From positions 5,150 to 69,149 of the forward strand of contig CAZGRE010000002.1 of the NCBI GenBank assembly GCA_964528085.1: DNA of 64,000 bases, in the 5' to 3' direction. Source of the stretch: an uncultured Thermotogae bacterium. GTDB taxonomy: Bacteria > Bipolaricaulota > Bipolaricaulia > UBA7950 > UBA9294. The notes beneath the pieces were generated by a model. The model ran no database searches, had not been told where the DNA came from, and saw nothing but the letters and a program-made list of their open reading frames with translations. Made by a program: the position numbers and the translations under genes. Positions 41,671 through 51,650 of this stretch are shown here, in pieces. Each line of letters opens with the position of its first letter. The stretch's first letter is position 1.

Positions 41671-43038
41671 CTAGAGGGCTCCGAGGGCGGCGTCGGCCTG
41701 AACCAGACCGGAACCGGTCGCATCGCTCCCCCAGCTGAAAGTCTCACCGGCGACGAGGGCGCTTCCCGGAGGGATCGGAAGTGCGGTTTCCTCAAGGATC
41801 TCCTCGACCGCCGCTGCATCGAGCGAGCCGTCCTTCTCGAGCATCAGGGCGACCAGCCCGGCGACGTGCGGGGTTGCCATGCTCGTCCCGCCGAGGTAGT
41901 AGTACTGCCCTGGGACTCCGTTCGCCCAGATCGGTGGATGAGCGGCGCCGTAGGCGAGGTACGGCCCGACGACCCAGCTTCCCGGGGCGAGGACGTCGAG
42001 ATCCTGCCCCGGCTTCTCCCTACCGCTGAAGTCGCAGACGTAGACGTCGCCAACTGCAGTCGGATCGGCGACGTCACCGTGCCACCAGCCGCTTGCCGCC
42101 CACTCGGAGGTCCACCCGGCCGCTCCGACGCTGATCACAGGGGCGTACGCCCCTGGATAGTCCATCCCTGCATCACCCGAGTTCCCGGCCGCCGCGACGA
42201 CGATCACTCCCTTGTCGATCGCGTAGTCGATCGCAGCCTGCTCGAGCGGGGAGAGGTACGGTCCGCCGAGGCTCATGTTGATCACCATCGGTGCCCCGAG
42301 GGACTCTTTCAGATCGGCGATATGGAGGATCCCTTCCGCTACGATCGTCGACCAGCCGGACCCGCTGTTCCCGAGGACCTTGACCGGGATAACCATCGCC
42401 TTCGTGGCGGCGCCGTTCACCGTGTAGAACCCGTAGACGCTGAACCCGAGGATCGAGCTTGCCACGTGTGTCCCGTGGGAGTTCGTGTCCCGTTCCCACA
42501 GGTTGGCCGGCTCTGATATGTTCGCGTTCGTGCTCCCGCCTCCGGAGAACGCCTTTGCGTACTCGGTGGCGACTTGATCGGCGGGGAGATAGTCGCGCCA
42601 GTTCTTGACGAGACCGGTGTCGAGGACTGCGACGTAGACCCCTTCACCGTCGTAGTCGACGACCCGGCCGACCCCGTAATCGGTAACGTTGATGATGTCT
42701 TGATCCCAAGTGCTGATTCCCGAGGAGTAATCGAGGGCATGTCGTTCCGCTTGGTCGGCGACAGCATCGACGTAAGGGAGGGCGGCCAGCTCTGCGACGG
42801 CCGATCCCCTGACGTCCATCGCCACCCCGCCGATCTCATCGAACCGCTTCGTTATCCTTCCGTATCCCTCGAGCTCGGCGATGACCGAGTCGGTCAGCCC
42901 GCCGCTGACGATGAGCTCGATGTGGCGGGTCTGATTCGATGCGAGAGGGGATATTGACTCCACCCCGAACCATGTGCAGCCACCAAGGAGCGCTGCAATT
43001 GCGATGAGGATCCCTACTCCGATCAATCGTTTTCTCAT
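41671..43038 (-). CDS. Subtilisin-like serine protease (S8) lipoprotein
   Basis: Lipobox LLGGC; catalytic-triad motifs DTG (VAVLDTGL), HGTHVAS, GTSMATPHVAG. Confidence 0.9.
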   Translation of the reverse strand: MRKRLIGVGILIAIAALLGGCTWFGVESISPLASNQTRHIELIVSGGLTDSVIAELEGYGRITKRFDEIGGVAMDVRGSAVAELAALPYVDAVADQAERHALDYSSGISTWDQDIINVTDYGVGRVVDYDGEGVYVAVLDTGLVKNWRDYLPADQVATEYAKAFSGGGSTNANISEPANLWERDTNSHGTHVASSILGFSVYGFYTVNGAATKAMVIPVKVLGNSGSGWSTIVAEGILHIADLKESLGAPMVINMSLGGPYLSPLEQAAIDYAIDKGVIVVAAAGNSGDAGMDYPGAYAPVISVGAAGWTSEWAASGWWHGDVADPTAVGDVYVCDFSGREKPGQDLDVLAPGSWVVGPYLAYGAAHPPIWANGVPGQYYYLGGTSMATPHVAGLVALMLEKDGSLDAAAVEEILEETALPIPPGSALVAGETFSWGSDATGSGLVQADAALGAL

Positions 43039-43184
43039 ATCTCCCTCCTGCAGCCCGTCGCGGGCTCGAAACTAGGATATGGGGGCTGCACTCATAAGTC
43101 AACCGTCTGGCTTGCACTCCTTTTCCTATGGAAGTAGACTCCTTTTAAAGATCGATATGGAGCAATCTGGGGAAAGGAGGACGA

Positions 43185-44123
43185 ATGAAGGTACAGACAG
43201 TTCTTTGTGGGATGATCCTCCTTGCTTTCACCCCTGTTCTTTCCCAGGGGGTTCAGACCCCTCCTAGCGTGATCGGGCCGTGCTGGGTGATCGCCGTGCA
43301 TGATGGAGATTCGATAACCGTCCGCGCACCCGATGGGGAGCCGATTCCTGTCCGTTACATGGGTATCGACGCCCCTGAGAAGGAGGATGCGTTCGGCGAG
43401 GAGGCATTGAACCGGAACAAAGTGCTCGTCGAAGGCCGATCTGTGTGGCTCGAAGTGGATACGACCGATGGGGGATACCTGACCGATCGAGACGATCGGG
43501 TCCTCGCGTACGTCTTCCTTGATGCTACGTGTGCGCAATCGGTGCAGCAGATGCTTATCTCCGAAGGGATGGCCCTGATCGACGTGCGGAACGTCGTCGA
43601 TCGCGACCTCGATCCGGACGCGTTTCCCATCCGTCATGCATCTTCTCTTATCCAAGCCCAGATCGAAGCCGCATGCAGCCGGAGCGGGTTATGGGAAGAG
43701 ATGGTCCCAGAGAAAAATGGGCTTGTCATTGCCGCAATCCAGTTCTGGGGCGAGATTGAGACCGTCTACCTCGTTAACGCCGGCGAAGATGAGATCGATC
43801 TTGCCGCCACTTGGATATTGATGGACGAACGCGCTCATGAGAAGTTGGAGAAAGGCGAGAGCAGCCATAACGTGCTAAAGTTCGGACTGGCCTTCGGCCC
43901 TGAATGTACCCTTCCCCCACGCGGAGTCTTGAAGATCTGCACCGGACCTGGAATTCCGGAGGGGGAGAGAGGAACGCGCACGGGCTGTGGGACCGACGAG
44001 GTGATCTTCTACTGGTTTGGGTGCAAGGTTTGGAACAGCGACGGTGACACCGCTTACCTCTACTCGCCGGATGGGAACCTCTGTTCCATCTATCAGTATC
44101 CGTGGCAGAAAACTGAGGACTAG
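43185..44123 (+). CDS. Secreted thermonuclease (SNase) fused to a lamin-tail (LTD) domain
   Basis: Signal peptide; SNase motifs DGDSITV...RYMGIDAPE; C-terminal LTD-like beta-sandwich (VYLVNAGEDEIDLAATWILMDE...VWNSDGDTAYLYSPDGNL). Confidence 0.75.
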   Translation: MKVQTVLCGMILLAFTPVLSQGVQTPPSVIGPCWVIAVHDGDSITVRAPDGEPIPVRYMGIDAPEKEDAFGEEALNRNKVLVEGRSVWLEVDTTDGGYLTDRDDRVLAYVFLDATCAQSVQQMLISEGMALIDVRNVVDRDLDPDAFPIRHASSLIQAQIEAACSRSGLWEEMVPEKNGLVIAAIQFWGEIETVYLVNAGEDEIDLAATWILMDERAHEKLEKGESSHNVLKFGLAFGPECTLPPRGVLKICTGPGIPEGERGTRTGCGTDEVIFYWFGCKVWNSDGDTAYLYSPDGNLCSIYQYPWQKTED

Positions 44124-44191
44124 CAAGTCACGGCCGGCCGGTTAGGCGAGAAGCTTACCCCGGTCAGGCCTCTGTAGATCCGACGTTTTAG

Positions 44192-44398
44192 TGTCGTGAG
44201 AAGGGCGTTAAGCTCATCCTGAAGTGGATCGAGGCGCTTGCTGCTATACCCCCGCCCCGATCAGCGCGAAAAGCTAACGGATCAGGAGTGCTGTTGGACC
44301 GCCTGGGCCCATACCGGGTCATCTACAAGGTTGACGACGATGCAGGCATCGTCGTTGTGGTCAAGGTCGGCCACCGTGGGGATGTCTACCAACGCTGA
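44192..44398 (+). pseudogene. RelE/ParE-family toxin remnant (C-terminal about 65 aa only; no start codon, no antitoxin)
   Basis: In-frame stretch KLILKWIEALAAIPPPRSARKANGSGVLLDRLGPYRVIYKVDDDAGIVVVVKVGHRGDVYQR aligns with the RelE core (NP..L.G....YRLVY.V.DE...V.VI.VG.R..VY); a TAG lies immediately upstream and the preceding frame is non-RelE-like. Confidence 0.6.
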
Positions 44399-44876
44399 TA
44401 ATCTCTCCTAGCAGAACCCGTTTATCAAAGAGTGAGTTCTCTTTCACAACGGAAGGCACGCCTGTCCATTCTTGTCTGTTTACTAGTAGTTTCTTTTGTA
44501 ACTAGGACGGGGGGCTGCTGATCTTCGTCGGGATATTCCTTGCGATCTTTACTTCTGTCCCCTACGGATTTGTGAGCGTAGTTAAGGTTGTTGACTTCTT
44601 CGGCACGCGGAACTGGTCAATCACAGTTGTATCTTTCGTCCTCTTGGGCATATCGTTGGCTTTGTAGATATTTGGGCTCACTCCGTAAGTTTTTGCTTGG
44701 CCCGGAGGCCATGAAGAGGTCTCCGGTGTGCTCACGCAATAGTGCACAGGACGTGAATGGGGCTCAGGTAACCGTTTGTAACTGAATAGGGGGAGGTAAT
44801 GAGTCTGGCGGCCGGTTGTCGCTTTGGGGCCCTCTTCGCGTAGAATGGGAGGCGTTTCTGGAGAAGGAGGATGGGG

Positions 44877-45503
44877 ATGAGAAAGCTTTCAATCGCTCTT
44901 TTGCTGTTGATCTCCTTTGCGGTGAGCGGGGCGTCGCTGACGCTGACCGAGATCGGGTTCAGGCTCGACCTCGCGTTGAACCCTTTCCGGATCGATGGAA
45001 GGGCGAAGTGGGATATCACGGTCGGCGCGTACGCTCGGATCAAGATCGACGATCAATGGAGCGCACGGTTGTCGGTCGGTTCGCGGGTCGATCGGTTCTA
45101 CCCATTCGCCGATATCGGGGTCGATCGGACGATCATCCCGCATCTGTTCGCCGAAGGGGTCCTCTCGATCCGTTCCCTTCCCCGCCGCGGCCTTTCGACC
45201 TCGGCCTTTGTCGGGGGACGTTACATCCCGGATGTCGGAACGGACGGCCGCGTTGAGATTGCAAGCCTCCCGTTCGGCTGGATCCTGACGGGCTATGCGG
45301 GTGAGCTGCACGGCCAATTCTTCCTCCAGCCGAACCTGACCCTCGATGGGACGCTGATCTCCCTCCAGGGCGGGATGATCGGTCAAGGGATTACGCTCTT
45401 TGTCGTCAGTCGCCCGGCCGGAGCAGGGGAACCGCTTCTCACGATCGGCGGGGGCTATGCCATTTCAGGGAGCCTCGCCACCCATATCGGCTTCGCACCG
45501 TAA
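44877..45503 (+). CDS. Hypothetical secreted beta-rich protein
   Basis: GAAGGAGG RBS; signal peptide MRKLSIALLLLISFAVSGA; beta-strand-rich. Confidence 0.5.
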   Translation: MRKLSIALLLLISFAVSGASLTLTEIGFRLDLALNPFRIDGRAKWDITVGAYARIKIDDQWSARLSVGSRVDRFYPFADIGVDRTIIPHLFAEGVLSIRSLPRRGLSTSAFVGGRYIPDVGTDGRVEIASLPFGWILTGYAGELHGQFFLQPNLTLDGTLISLQGGMIGQGITLFVVSRPAGAGEPLLTIGGGYAISGSLATHIGFAP

Positions 45504-45517
45504 GGAACGTTCCCCAT

Positions 45518-46735
45518 CTACTCGGCATCCGGAACGAGGATGGGCGACTCCTTCAGCCTCGCTGCGAGGATCACCCCTATGCCGAGAAGCCCGATCAGGA
45601 TGAGCAACGGGGCGCTCATCGATCCGGATGGTCCCTTGAAGGCGTCCATCCCGATGATGAACGCGATCCCTGAGATCTGCCCCATCAACAGGAGGAGGCC
45701 GTTCGACGTCCCCTCCGGCGCCGGATAGGTCACCTCGGCTGCGTACTGGAATCCGATCGGTCCGGAGGAGAGGAGGAAGAGCCCGAGGATGAACGCCGAG
45801 GCGGCGAGGAGCGGGTATGCAGTCGCGAACGTCAGGCCGATCAGGCCGACGATCCCGCCTCCTAGGGCGAGGAGGATGAACGGTACGCGGCGGCGGAGCC
45901 GGTCGGATAGAGGGGGGATGACGAGCGCCCCGACCACCCCGCCGAGGACCATCAGCCCGCCGGCGAACCCGGCCTGGCCGGTCGAGAACCCGCGCGGCCG
46001 GAGGATATCCTCGATCCACGTCGTTATCGCGTTGAACGCGCCGAGCCCGATGAAGAACAGAACGAGAAGGAGGATGAACTCGCGGTTTTTTATCATGCTT
46101 CTGAGCCCGTCGAGGACGAGGGAGCGTTCCTCAGGGCCGACCGGCTTAGGCGGGCGCTCCCGTGCAAGGGAGAGGAAGAGGAGAGCAGTCCCGGCTGAAA
46201 TGGCGCCGTAGATCAGAAGCATCCCCTTGATACCGCTTCCGATGACAAGATGCGGTGTGACGGCGAGTCCGGCGAATATCCCAAGATAGATTGCGAGCGA
46301 GCCGAGGCCGGTCGCCGTCGCCCGCTCACTGAGTGGGAACCACCGTCCGGCGATCTTGGCAATTGCGTTCAGGATGAACGGCTGCCCGACGGCGATCCCG
46401 ATCTGCGAGATGAGGACGAATGTGTAGTCGGCAGCGAAGATCCCACGCAGAAGCCCGAACCCGCCGGTCAATATCGCCCCTATTCCGACCCCGATCCTGA
46501 TCCCATAGGTGTCGATCACCCATGAGGCAGGGATAGAGACGAGGATGAAAACGATCATGAAGACCATCGACAGAAGCCCGATCGAGAGATCACTTACGCC
46601 GTAGAACGAGGCCGCCTTCCCGGTTATCGGAGCGAAGCTGATCCAAAGGGCCTGGTTGATCGCGACTATCCCCATGAAAACGGCGAGGATCGTCCAGCGG
46701 TAACGGGATACATGAACCGCCGTTCGGTTCTCCAT
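45518..46735 (-). CDS. MFS transporter
   Basis: 405 aa; 12 TM helices; MFS signature-like GRWFPLSERA. Confidence 0.8.
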   Translation of the reverse strand: MENRTAVHVSRYRWTILAVFMGIVAINQALWISFAPITGKAASFYGVSDLSIGLLSMVFMIVFILVSIPASWVIDTYGIRIGVGIGAILTGGFGLLRGIFAADYTFVLISQIGIAVGQPFILNAIAKIAGRWFPLSERATATGLGSLAIYLGIFAGLAVTPHLVIGSGIKGMLLIYGAISAGTALLFLSLARERPPKPVGPEERSLVLDGLRSMIKNREFILLLVLFFIGLGAFNAITTWIEDILRPRGFSTGQAGFAGGLMVLGGVVGALVIPPLSDRLRRRVPFILLALGGGIVGLIGLTFATAYPLLAASAFILGLFLLSSGPIGFQYAAEVTYPAPEGTSNGLLLLMGQISGIAFIIGMDAFKGPSGSMSAPLLILIGLLGIGVILAARLKESPILVPDAE

Positions 46736-46809
46736 TTTACTCCTTGGAAGCCTTCATAAAGGCCTCGGCCCCCACCATTCGGTGGAGGCCGAAGACCCGT
46801 CACTGGCCG

Positions 46810-47916
46810 TTACAAGAGGTCCATCGCGGCCGATACCGATACGTCGATCGACCAGCCGGGATCCCCTGCTTCGCGCGTCAGCGAGATCTGAAGGACGACG
46901 TCCGCCCCACCGATGTCGAACCCGACGGAAAGGGAGGCCGCGTGGTTTATGTTCGCCGGAAGGCCGGCCGGCTTCACCCGTTGGAGCGAATAGCCGGCGG
47001 TTACCGTGCTCGTCTCGGATAGGAGGTACTCATAGGTCAGGTTCGCCGTCAGGGTGTTCTCGTCGGCGATGTTGAACGGGCCGGAGAAGCCGGCGTGGAA
47101 GAGGAGCTGGTCGCTCGGGCATGAGGCCATCGCCGCGTCTGCCGAAGCGGTGATGACGATGTTCTGCGCTCCGCCATAGGGATCGATCAGCTCATAGCCG
47201 ATCCCAGCCTGAAGAGCCCAGCCGCACTTCCGCCCGTTCCCCGTCTCAAGGATAATCTCCTCGATCGACAGGAGGGCGACCGCGTCGAGGGTGACGCCCG
47301 CCGCCGCCTCAATCGCCCCTTCGATATCTGCGACCATATCCTTCACCGTGTCGTATTCTGCTCCCCTTCCGATCACGCTCGCAATTCCAAGGAGGACGTC
47401 GTCGGTGAGGCCTTGTGCGATCGCCCCGAGCGAGAGGAGTTTATCCTCGATCAGAAACGCCTTGGAGAGGGGGGTGACATCGGTGAATCTCCCGACCCCA
47501 CCTCCGACGCTCACATCGAGTCCGGGCTGCGGCTGGCTGGTCGCCATCGATGCACGCAGCCCTCCGAAAGCGAAGTAGAGACCATCCTCAACCGGATAGT
47601 AACGGAACGTCGCCGCCCCTTGGCCGAGCCATCCGGTTGGTAGGAACTGGTCGAGAACCACCTCCGCCGAGCCGGCGAGGGTGAATCCGTAGTTCGGCGA
47701 GTCGTAGAGTTGATCGTAATCGACGCCCACCCGTCCGGAGTTGACGTCGATCGTCGGTGTCGCCGCATCGTTGTAGTACCTGTAGGTGAACGATAGGCCG
47801 GCGTCGGTCAGCGCCGTCACCGGCGAGCGATAGTCGCACAACGATAACCCGTAGCCGGCAGCCCCCAAACCGATCAGGAACGTGCCGAGCAGAATCACTA
47901 CCCTCATTCTCTTCAT
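46810..47916 (-). CDS. Hypothetical secreted/outer-membrane-like protein
   Basis: Signal peptide MKRMRVVILLGTFLIGLGAAGYG; beta-rich with a C-terminal aromatic-rich tail; the start could be 47946. Confidence 0.5.
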   Translation of the reverse strand: MKRMRVVILLGTFLIGLGAAGYGLSLCDYRSPVTALTDAGLSFTYRYYNDAATPTIDVNSGRVGVDYDQLYDSPNYGFTLAGSAEVVLDQFLPTGWLGQGAATFRYYPVEDGLYFAFGGLRASMATSQPQPGLDVSVGGGVGRFTDVTPLSKAFLIEDKLLSLGAIAQGLTDDVLLGIASVIGRGAEYDTVKDMVADIEGAIEAAAGVTLDAVALLSIEEIILETGNGRKCGWALQAGIGYELIDPYGGAQNIVITASADAAMASCPSDQLLFHAGFSGPFNIADENTLTANLTYEYLLSETSTVTAGYSLQRVKPAGLPANINHAASLSVGFDIGGADVVLQISLTREAGDPGWSIDVSVSAAMDLL

Positions 47917-48080
47917 CCGTTCCACCTCCTTAGTGGAAGTCATCACTTACTACAGTCTAGATGAATTATACCATCATGCAAAACCAACCACCTTTGACCG
48001 AACTGGTGCGTACGTGTATCCTTCGCCAACGTCTCACTATTCGGTAAGGCGAGTGAATTGGGGGAAGAGGGGGGTACGTC

Positions 48081-49337
48081 TTGCGCGCGAAGGTAGATCG
48101 TTCGAGTAGGAAGAGGGTGCTCGTCACCGGCTTGTTCGAGCCGGCAGCGCTTCACGTAATCAGGCGGTTCGGACAGATGGGGTACGAGGTTCACGCTGCC
48201 GAGGGGCATCTGCTGGCGTTCGCCGGCTTCTCCAAGTACGTGAAGAAGCGGATCCGACTCCCGAACATGCGGTACTTTCCGGAGCGCTACGCAGAGAGGC
48301 TCCTATCGGTACTCGAGGAGGGGGATTACGACTACTACTTCCCCTCCTACGAGGAGATCATCCTGTTGAGCCATCACCGCGACCGGCTCCTCGCGGCGGC
48401 GAGGAGCATCATCCCCGAGACGGATACGCTGATGCGCCTCCACGACAAGGTGAGGCTCGGCGAGCTCGCCCGCGAGGTGGGGATCGACACCCCGGAGACG
48501 TTCGCCCCGGGATCGAGCGAGGAGGCGCGCGAGCTGATGGCGAGGATCGAGCTTCCGGTCGTGATCAAGATGCGGAAGACCTCGGGCGCAGCCGGGTTCA
48601 GGAAGGTCTACGAACGCAGGGACCTTGAGAAGCTCTACTTCGATGTGGTCAAGGTGAACTCCCTCGACGAGGATAACCTCCCGCTGCTCCAGCGGCTGAT
48701 CGAGGGGCCGACGATCTGTACGCTCGAGCTGTGCAACAACGGGGATGTCGCCGGCGAGGTGATGTACAAAGGGATCAGGACGATGCCGAGGACGGGGGGG
48801 ACGACCGTCTTCCGCGAGAGCATAACGGATCAGGTCTGCTCTGAGGCGGCGGCGAAGCTGATCGATCACCTCGGGTACCACGGCTTCTGCGGGTTCGACT
48901 TCATCATGGAAGAGAATACCGGCCGGCCGTTCCTCGTCGACGGGAACTGTAGGATTACGCCGGCTGTATCAATGGCCTACTACGGTGGTTGCGATATGGT
49001 CGACGGCTGGGTGAGGATCGTCGATGGCGACGAGGGCGTGAAGCTCCCCGCTGCGCAAGAGGGGGTGCGGACGAAGATGCAGTTCGGCGACTTCGTCTGG
49101 CTTCTGGAGAGCTACCTCGGAAGCCTCAAGGACTGGTCGGGTGAGAGGAGGCTGAGGAAACAGTGGTGGGCGGACAAGGACTTCCATTACGACATCACGA
49201 GCCTCGCCGATCCGATGCCGATCGTGATGATTTGGGTCTATATCCTCACCAATCTTTACAAGCTCGTGTTCACCGACTTCGACTCGGCGCAGCTGTTCAT
49301 ATTCCACAACCAGTACGTCGAGCAGAAGCGCGGCTGA
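48081..49337 (+). CDS. ATP-grasp domain protein (orphan; unusual Trp/hydrophobic C-terminal tail)
   Basis: TTG start after a GA-rich RBS; ATP-grasp core (ELPVVIKMRKTSGAAGFRKV...GFCGFDFIMEE...FLVDGNCR); about 70 C-terminal residues (WWADKDFHYDITSLADPMPIVMIWVYILTNLYKLVF) outside the usual fold. Confidence 0.7.
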   Translation: MRAKVDRSSRKRVLVTGLFEPAALHVIRRFGQMGYEVHAAEGHLLAFAGFSKYVKKRIRLPNMRYFPERYAERLLSVLEEGDYDYYFPSYEEIILLSHHRDRLLAAARSIIPETDTLMRLHDKVRLGELAREVGIDTPETFAPGSSEEARELMARIELPVVIKMRKTSGAAGFRKVYERRDLEKLYFDVVKVNSLDEDNLPLLQRLIEGPTICTLELCNNGDVAGEVMYKGIRTMPRTGGTTVFRESITDQVCSEAAAKLIDHLGYHGFCGFDFIMEENTGRPFLVDGNCRITPAVSMAYYGGCDMVDGWVRIVDGDEGVKLPAAQEGVRTKMQFGDFVWLLESYLGSLKDWSGERRLRKQWWADKDFHYDITSLADPMPIVMIWVYILTNLYKLVFTDFDSAQLFIFHNQYVEQKRG

Positions 49338-49340
49338 TCG

Positions 49341-50429
49341 CTAGCCTCCGCCTTCGAACAGGACCTTGACCCCGCGGCGGCGGAGCTCCTCGATCGCCTT
49401 CCTCTCCGCCGATCCTTCTGTCAGATCGAGGTTTGTACCCCGTAAGTCGAGCTCGTCTCCGGCATCGAGCCCGGGGTTTTCAAGGAGGGGTTCGATGTCG
49501 GTTATTTTCGTCTCCGAAAGGCCGAGGATTCGGATCGAGGCGAGGTGGGAGAGGGGGCTTATCTCCTCGATCGGGTTTCGATCGAGCCAGAGTTTGACGA
49601 GACGGGTCATCCCTGAGAGGGGGGAGATGTCGGATATCGAGTTTCCCCACAGGCTCAGCCGCTGCAGGCGGACGAGGCCTGAGAGGGGGGAGATGTCGGT
49701 TATCCGGTTGTCGCTCAAGCCGAGGCCTTCGAGGTTCGTCAGATTCGACAGCGGGGAGAGATCACTTATCCTGTTGCCTCCCAGGCTTAGCTTGACGAGG
49801 TTCCTGAGCCCAGCGAGGAACGAGATATCATCGATCCCGATGTTCGGCAGGCCGAGCCATTCGAGGTCTGTGAGGCCGGAGAGAGGGGTCGGATCCTCGA
49901 TCGGGTTCCCCCCGAGGCCGAGCTCGGTCAGCCTCGTTAAGCCGGCAAGCGGCGAGACGTCCCTTATCCGGCTGTCCCAAAGCCCGAGCCAAGTGAGGTT
50001 CGTAAGCCCAGAGAGCGGGCCGGCATCGGCGACGGTGTTGAAATCGAGGTCGAGCTTCCGAAGACGGGTGAGCGAGGAGAGAGGGGAGACGTCTTCGACG
50101 TAATTGCTCCTTAAGATCAGCGTCTCAAGCCGCCTGAGCCCTGAGAGCGGGGTAAGATCTGCGATATGGTTCTCGGCCAAGTCAAGGTATCTGAGGTTCC
50201 TGCAGGTCTCGATCCCGTCGAGGTGTGATATTCCCTGATCAGAAGCGGTGAGCTTCGTCAGCCGGAGGAGGTCAAGACGCGTGATCGGGCGGGATTCGAT
50301 TTTGAGCTCGGCGCGAATCGCTGTCTCCAGGTGCGGATCGCGGAAGGGGACGGGTCGCATCCAGATAGAGGCGCTAACAATGATCCCGATGAGTGCAACC
50401 GCGATTATCGCCTTCAGGGAGTCATCCAT
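49341..50429 (-). CDS. Leucine-rich-repeat (internalin-like) protein with N-terminal membrane anchor
   Basis: About 13 consecutive 22-residue LRRs (L..L..L.L..N.I.D.SPLSGLT.L); N-terminal TM AIIAVALIGIIVSASIW. Confidence 0.8.
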   Translation of the reverse strand: MDDSLKAIIAVALIGIIVSASIWMRPVPFRDPHLETAIRAELKIESRPITRLDLLRLTKLTASDQGISHLDGIETCRNLRYLDLAENHIADLTPLSGLRRLETLILRSNYVEDVSPLSSLTRLRKLDLDFNTVADAGPLSGLTNLTWLGLWDSRIRDVSPLAGLTRLTELGLGGNPIEDPTPLSGLTDLEWLGLPNIGIDDISFLAGLRNLVKLSLGGNRISDLSPLSNLTNLEGLGLSDNRITDISPLSGLVRLQRLSLWGNSISDISPLSGMTRLVKLWLDRNPIEEISPLSHLASIRILGLSETKITDIEPLLENPGLDAGDELDLRGTNLDLTEGSAERKAIEELRRRGVKVLFEGGG

Positions 50430-50617
50430 TCCGGCCGGATTCTACTTTTCCGGATCGATGATCTCCACAACCTTCTCGTATCTCTGATTTTCCGATGTTA
50501 GAGTCCAGGCATGTGATGTATTGGTGCGGAAGTGAAGAAAGGGTTTGAAATGAACGACCATCGCTGCCATCTTCGGTTAACCAACAAGCCGACGTCAGTC
50601 GGACCGAGGAGGAAGCG

Positions 50618-51650
50618 ATGGTCAACGAGAGGATAGGGAGTTTGGCCTGGTTGCGCAAGCGGATCGAGCAGGCGGACACGGATCTGTTACGCGAGATGGT
50701 GCAAATGATGGCTGAGGCCCTGATGTCAGCTGAAGTAGATGCGAAGTGCGGTGCACCGTACCACCAACCGAGCGCGGATCGGGTCAACCGACGTAACGGC
50801 TACCGTGGACGTCGTTGGGATACCCGCCTCGGCACGATTGAGCTTGAGATCCCCAAGCTCCGCAAAGGGAGCTACTTCCCCGCGTGGTTGCTGGAACCAC
50901 GCCGTCGCTCGGAACGGGCATTGGTTCAAGTGGTGACCGAGTGCTACGTGCATTATTCCGTACATTGGGGCTGGAAGGGATGAGCAAAAGCCAGGTATCT
51001 GAGCTGGCCAAAGAGCTTGACCCGTTGGTGGAGAGGTTCCGTAACCGTCCGTTGGACAGTAGGTCGTACACGTTCGTCTGGCTCGATGCGATGACGCAGC
51101 GCTGCCGCGATGGTGGAGTGGTGGTGAACGTGGTGACGGTGATCGCCACCGGGGTGAACGGGGACGGTCACCGCGAGATCCTGGGACTGGAGGTGATGAC
51201 GAGCGAGGATGGTACGGGATGGACCGAGTTCTTACGCGGGTTGGTGGCACGTGGGTTGAGTGGGGTAAAGCTCGTCATCTCCGCTGCTCAGCACCGGCGC
51301 GTCGTTGCTGAGCTTGAGCGCAGGTTCCCTTAAGCCGCTGCCATGCTGGACGAGGCGAGAGAAGAGATCCTGGCGTTTTCGGTGTTCCCTGTTGAGGTGT
51401 GGCGGCAGATCTGGTCGAACAACCCGCAGGAGCGGCTGAACCGGGAGATCCGGCGGCGGAGCGATGTGGTTGGATCTTTCCCAACCGGGAATCGATCGTT
51501 CGGTTGGTCGGGGCTGTGCTCGCTGAGTACAACGACGAATGAATGGTCAGCCGCAGGTACATGTCGGTGGGGGTGTTGGAGAAGGCTCAACAGGATGTGA
51601 TCAACGATCCAGAGAAGGAGGGAGCACTGGTCGAGCAGGTCGCCGCTTGA
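50618..51650 (+). mobile_element. IS256-family (Mutator-type) transposase pseudogene; at least 3 frameshifts and an internal deletion; no terminal inverted repeats recognised
   Basis: Three frames carry successive IS256 transposase blocks (RNGYRGRRWDTRLGTIELEIPKLRKGSYFPAWLLEPRRRSERAL / MSKSQVSELAKELDPLVERFRNRPLDSRSYTFVWLDAMTQRCRDGGVVVN...REILGLEV...WTEFLRGLVARGLSGVKLVIS / [41 protein letters not shown]); total length about 344 aa versus about 400 expected. Confidence 0.8.

Noticed and set aside
44400-44810. Possible tyrosine-recombinase C-terminal remnant in the low-GC patch (minus-strand frame reading LREHTGDLF...RYAQ)
   Set aside because: Only a vague resemblance to the integrase R-H-Y C-terminal box and no extended reading frame; kept only as a composition anomaly within the island finding.
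47947-48080. 23-codon ORF (MQNQPPLTELVRTCILRQRLTIR) upstream of the ATP-grasp as a possible RiPP/graspetide precursor
   Set aside because: No Shine-Dalgarno sequence, no Thr/Ser plus Asp/Glu-rich core, and it lies in an AT-richer divergent promoter region; insufficient evidence.
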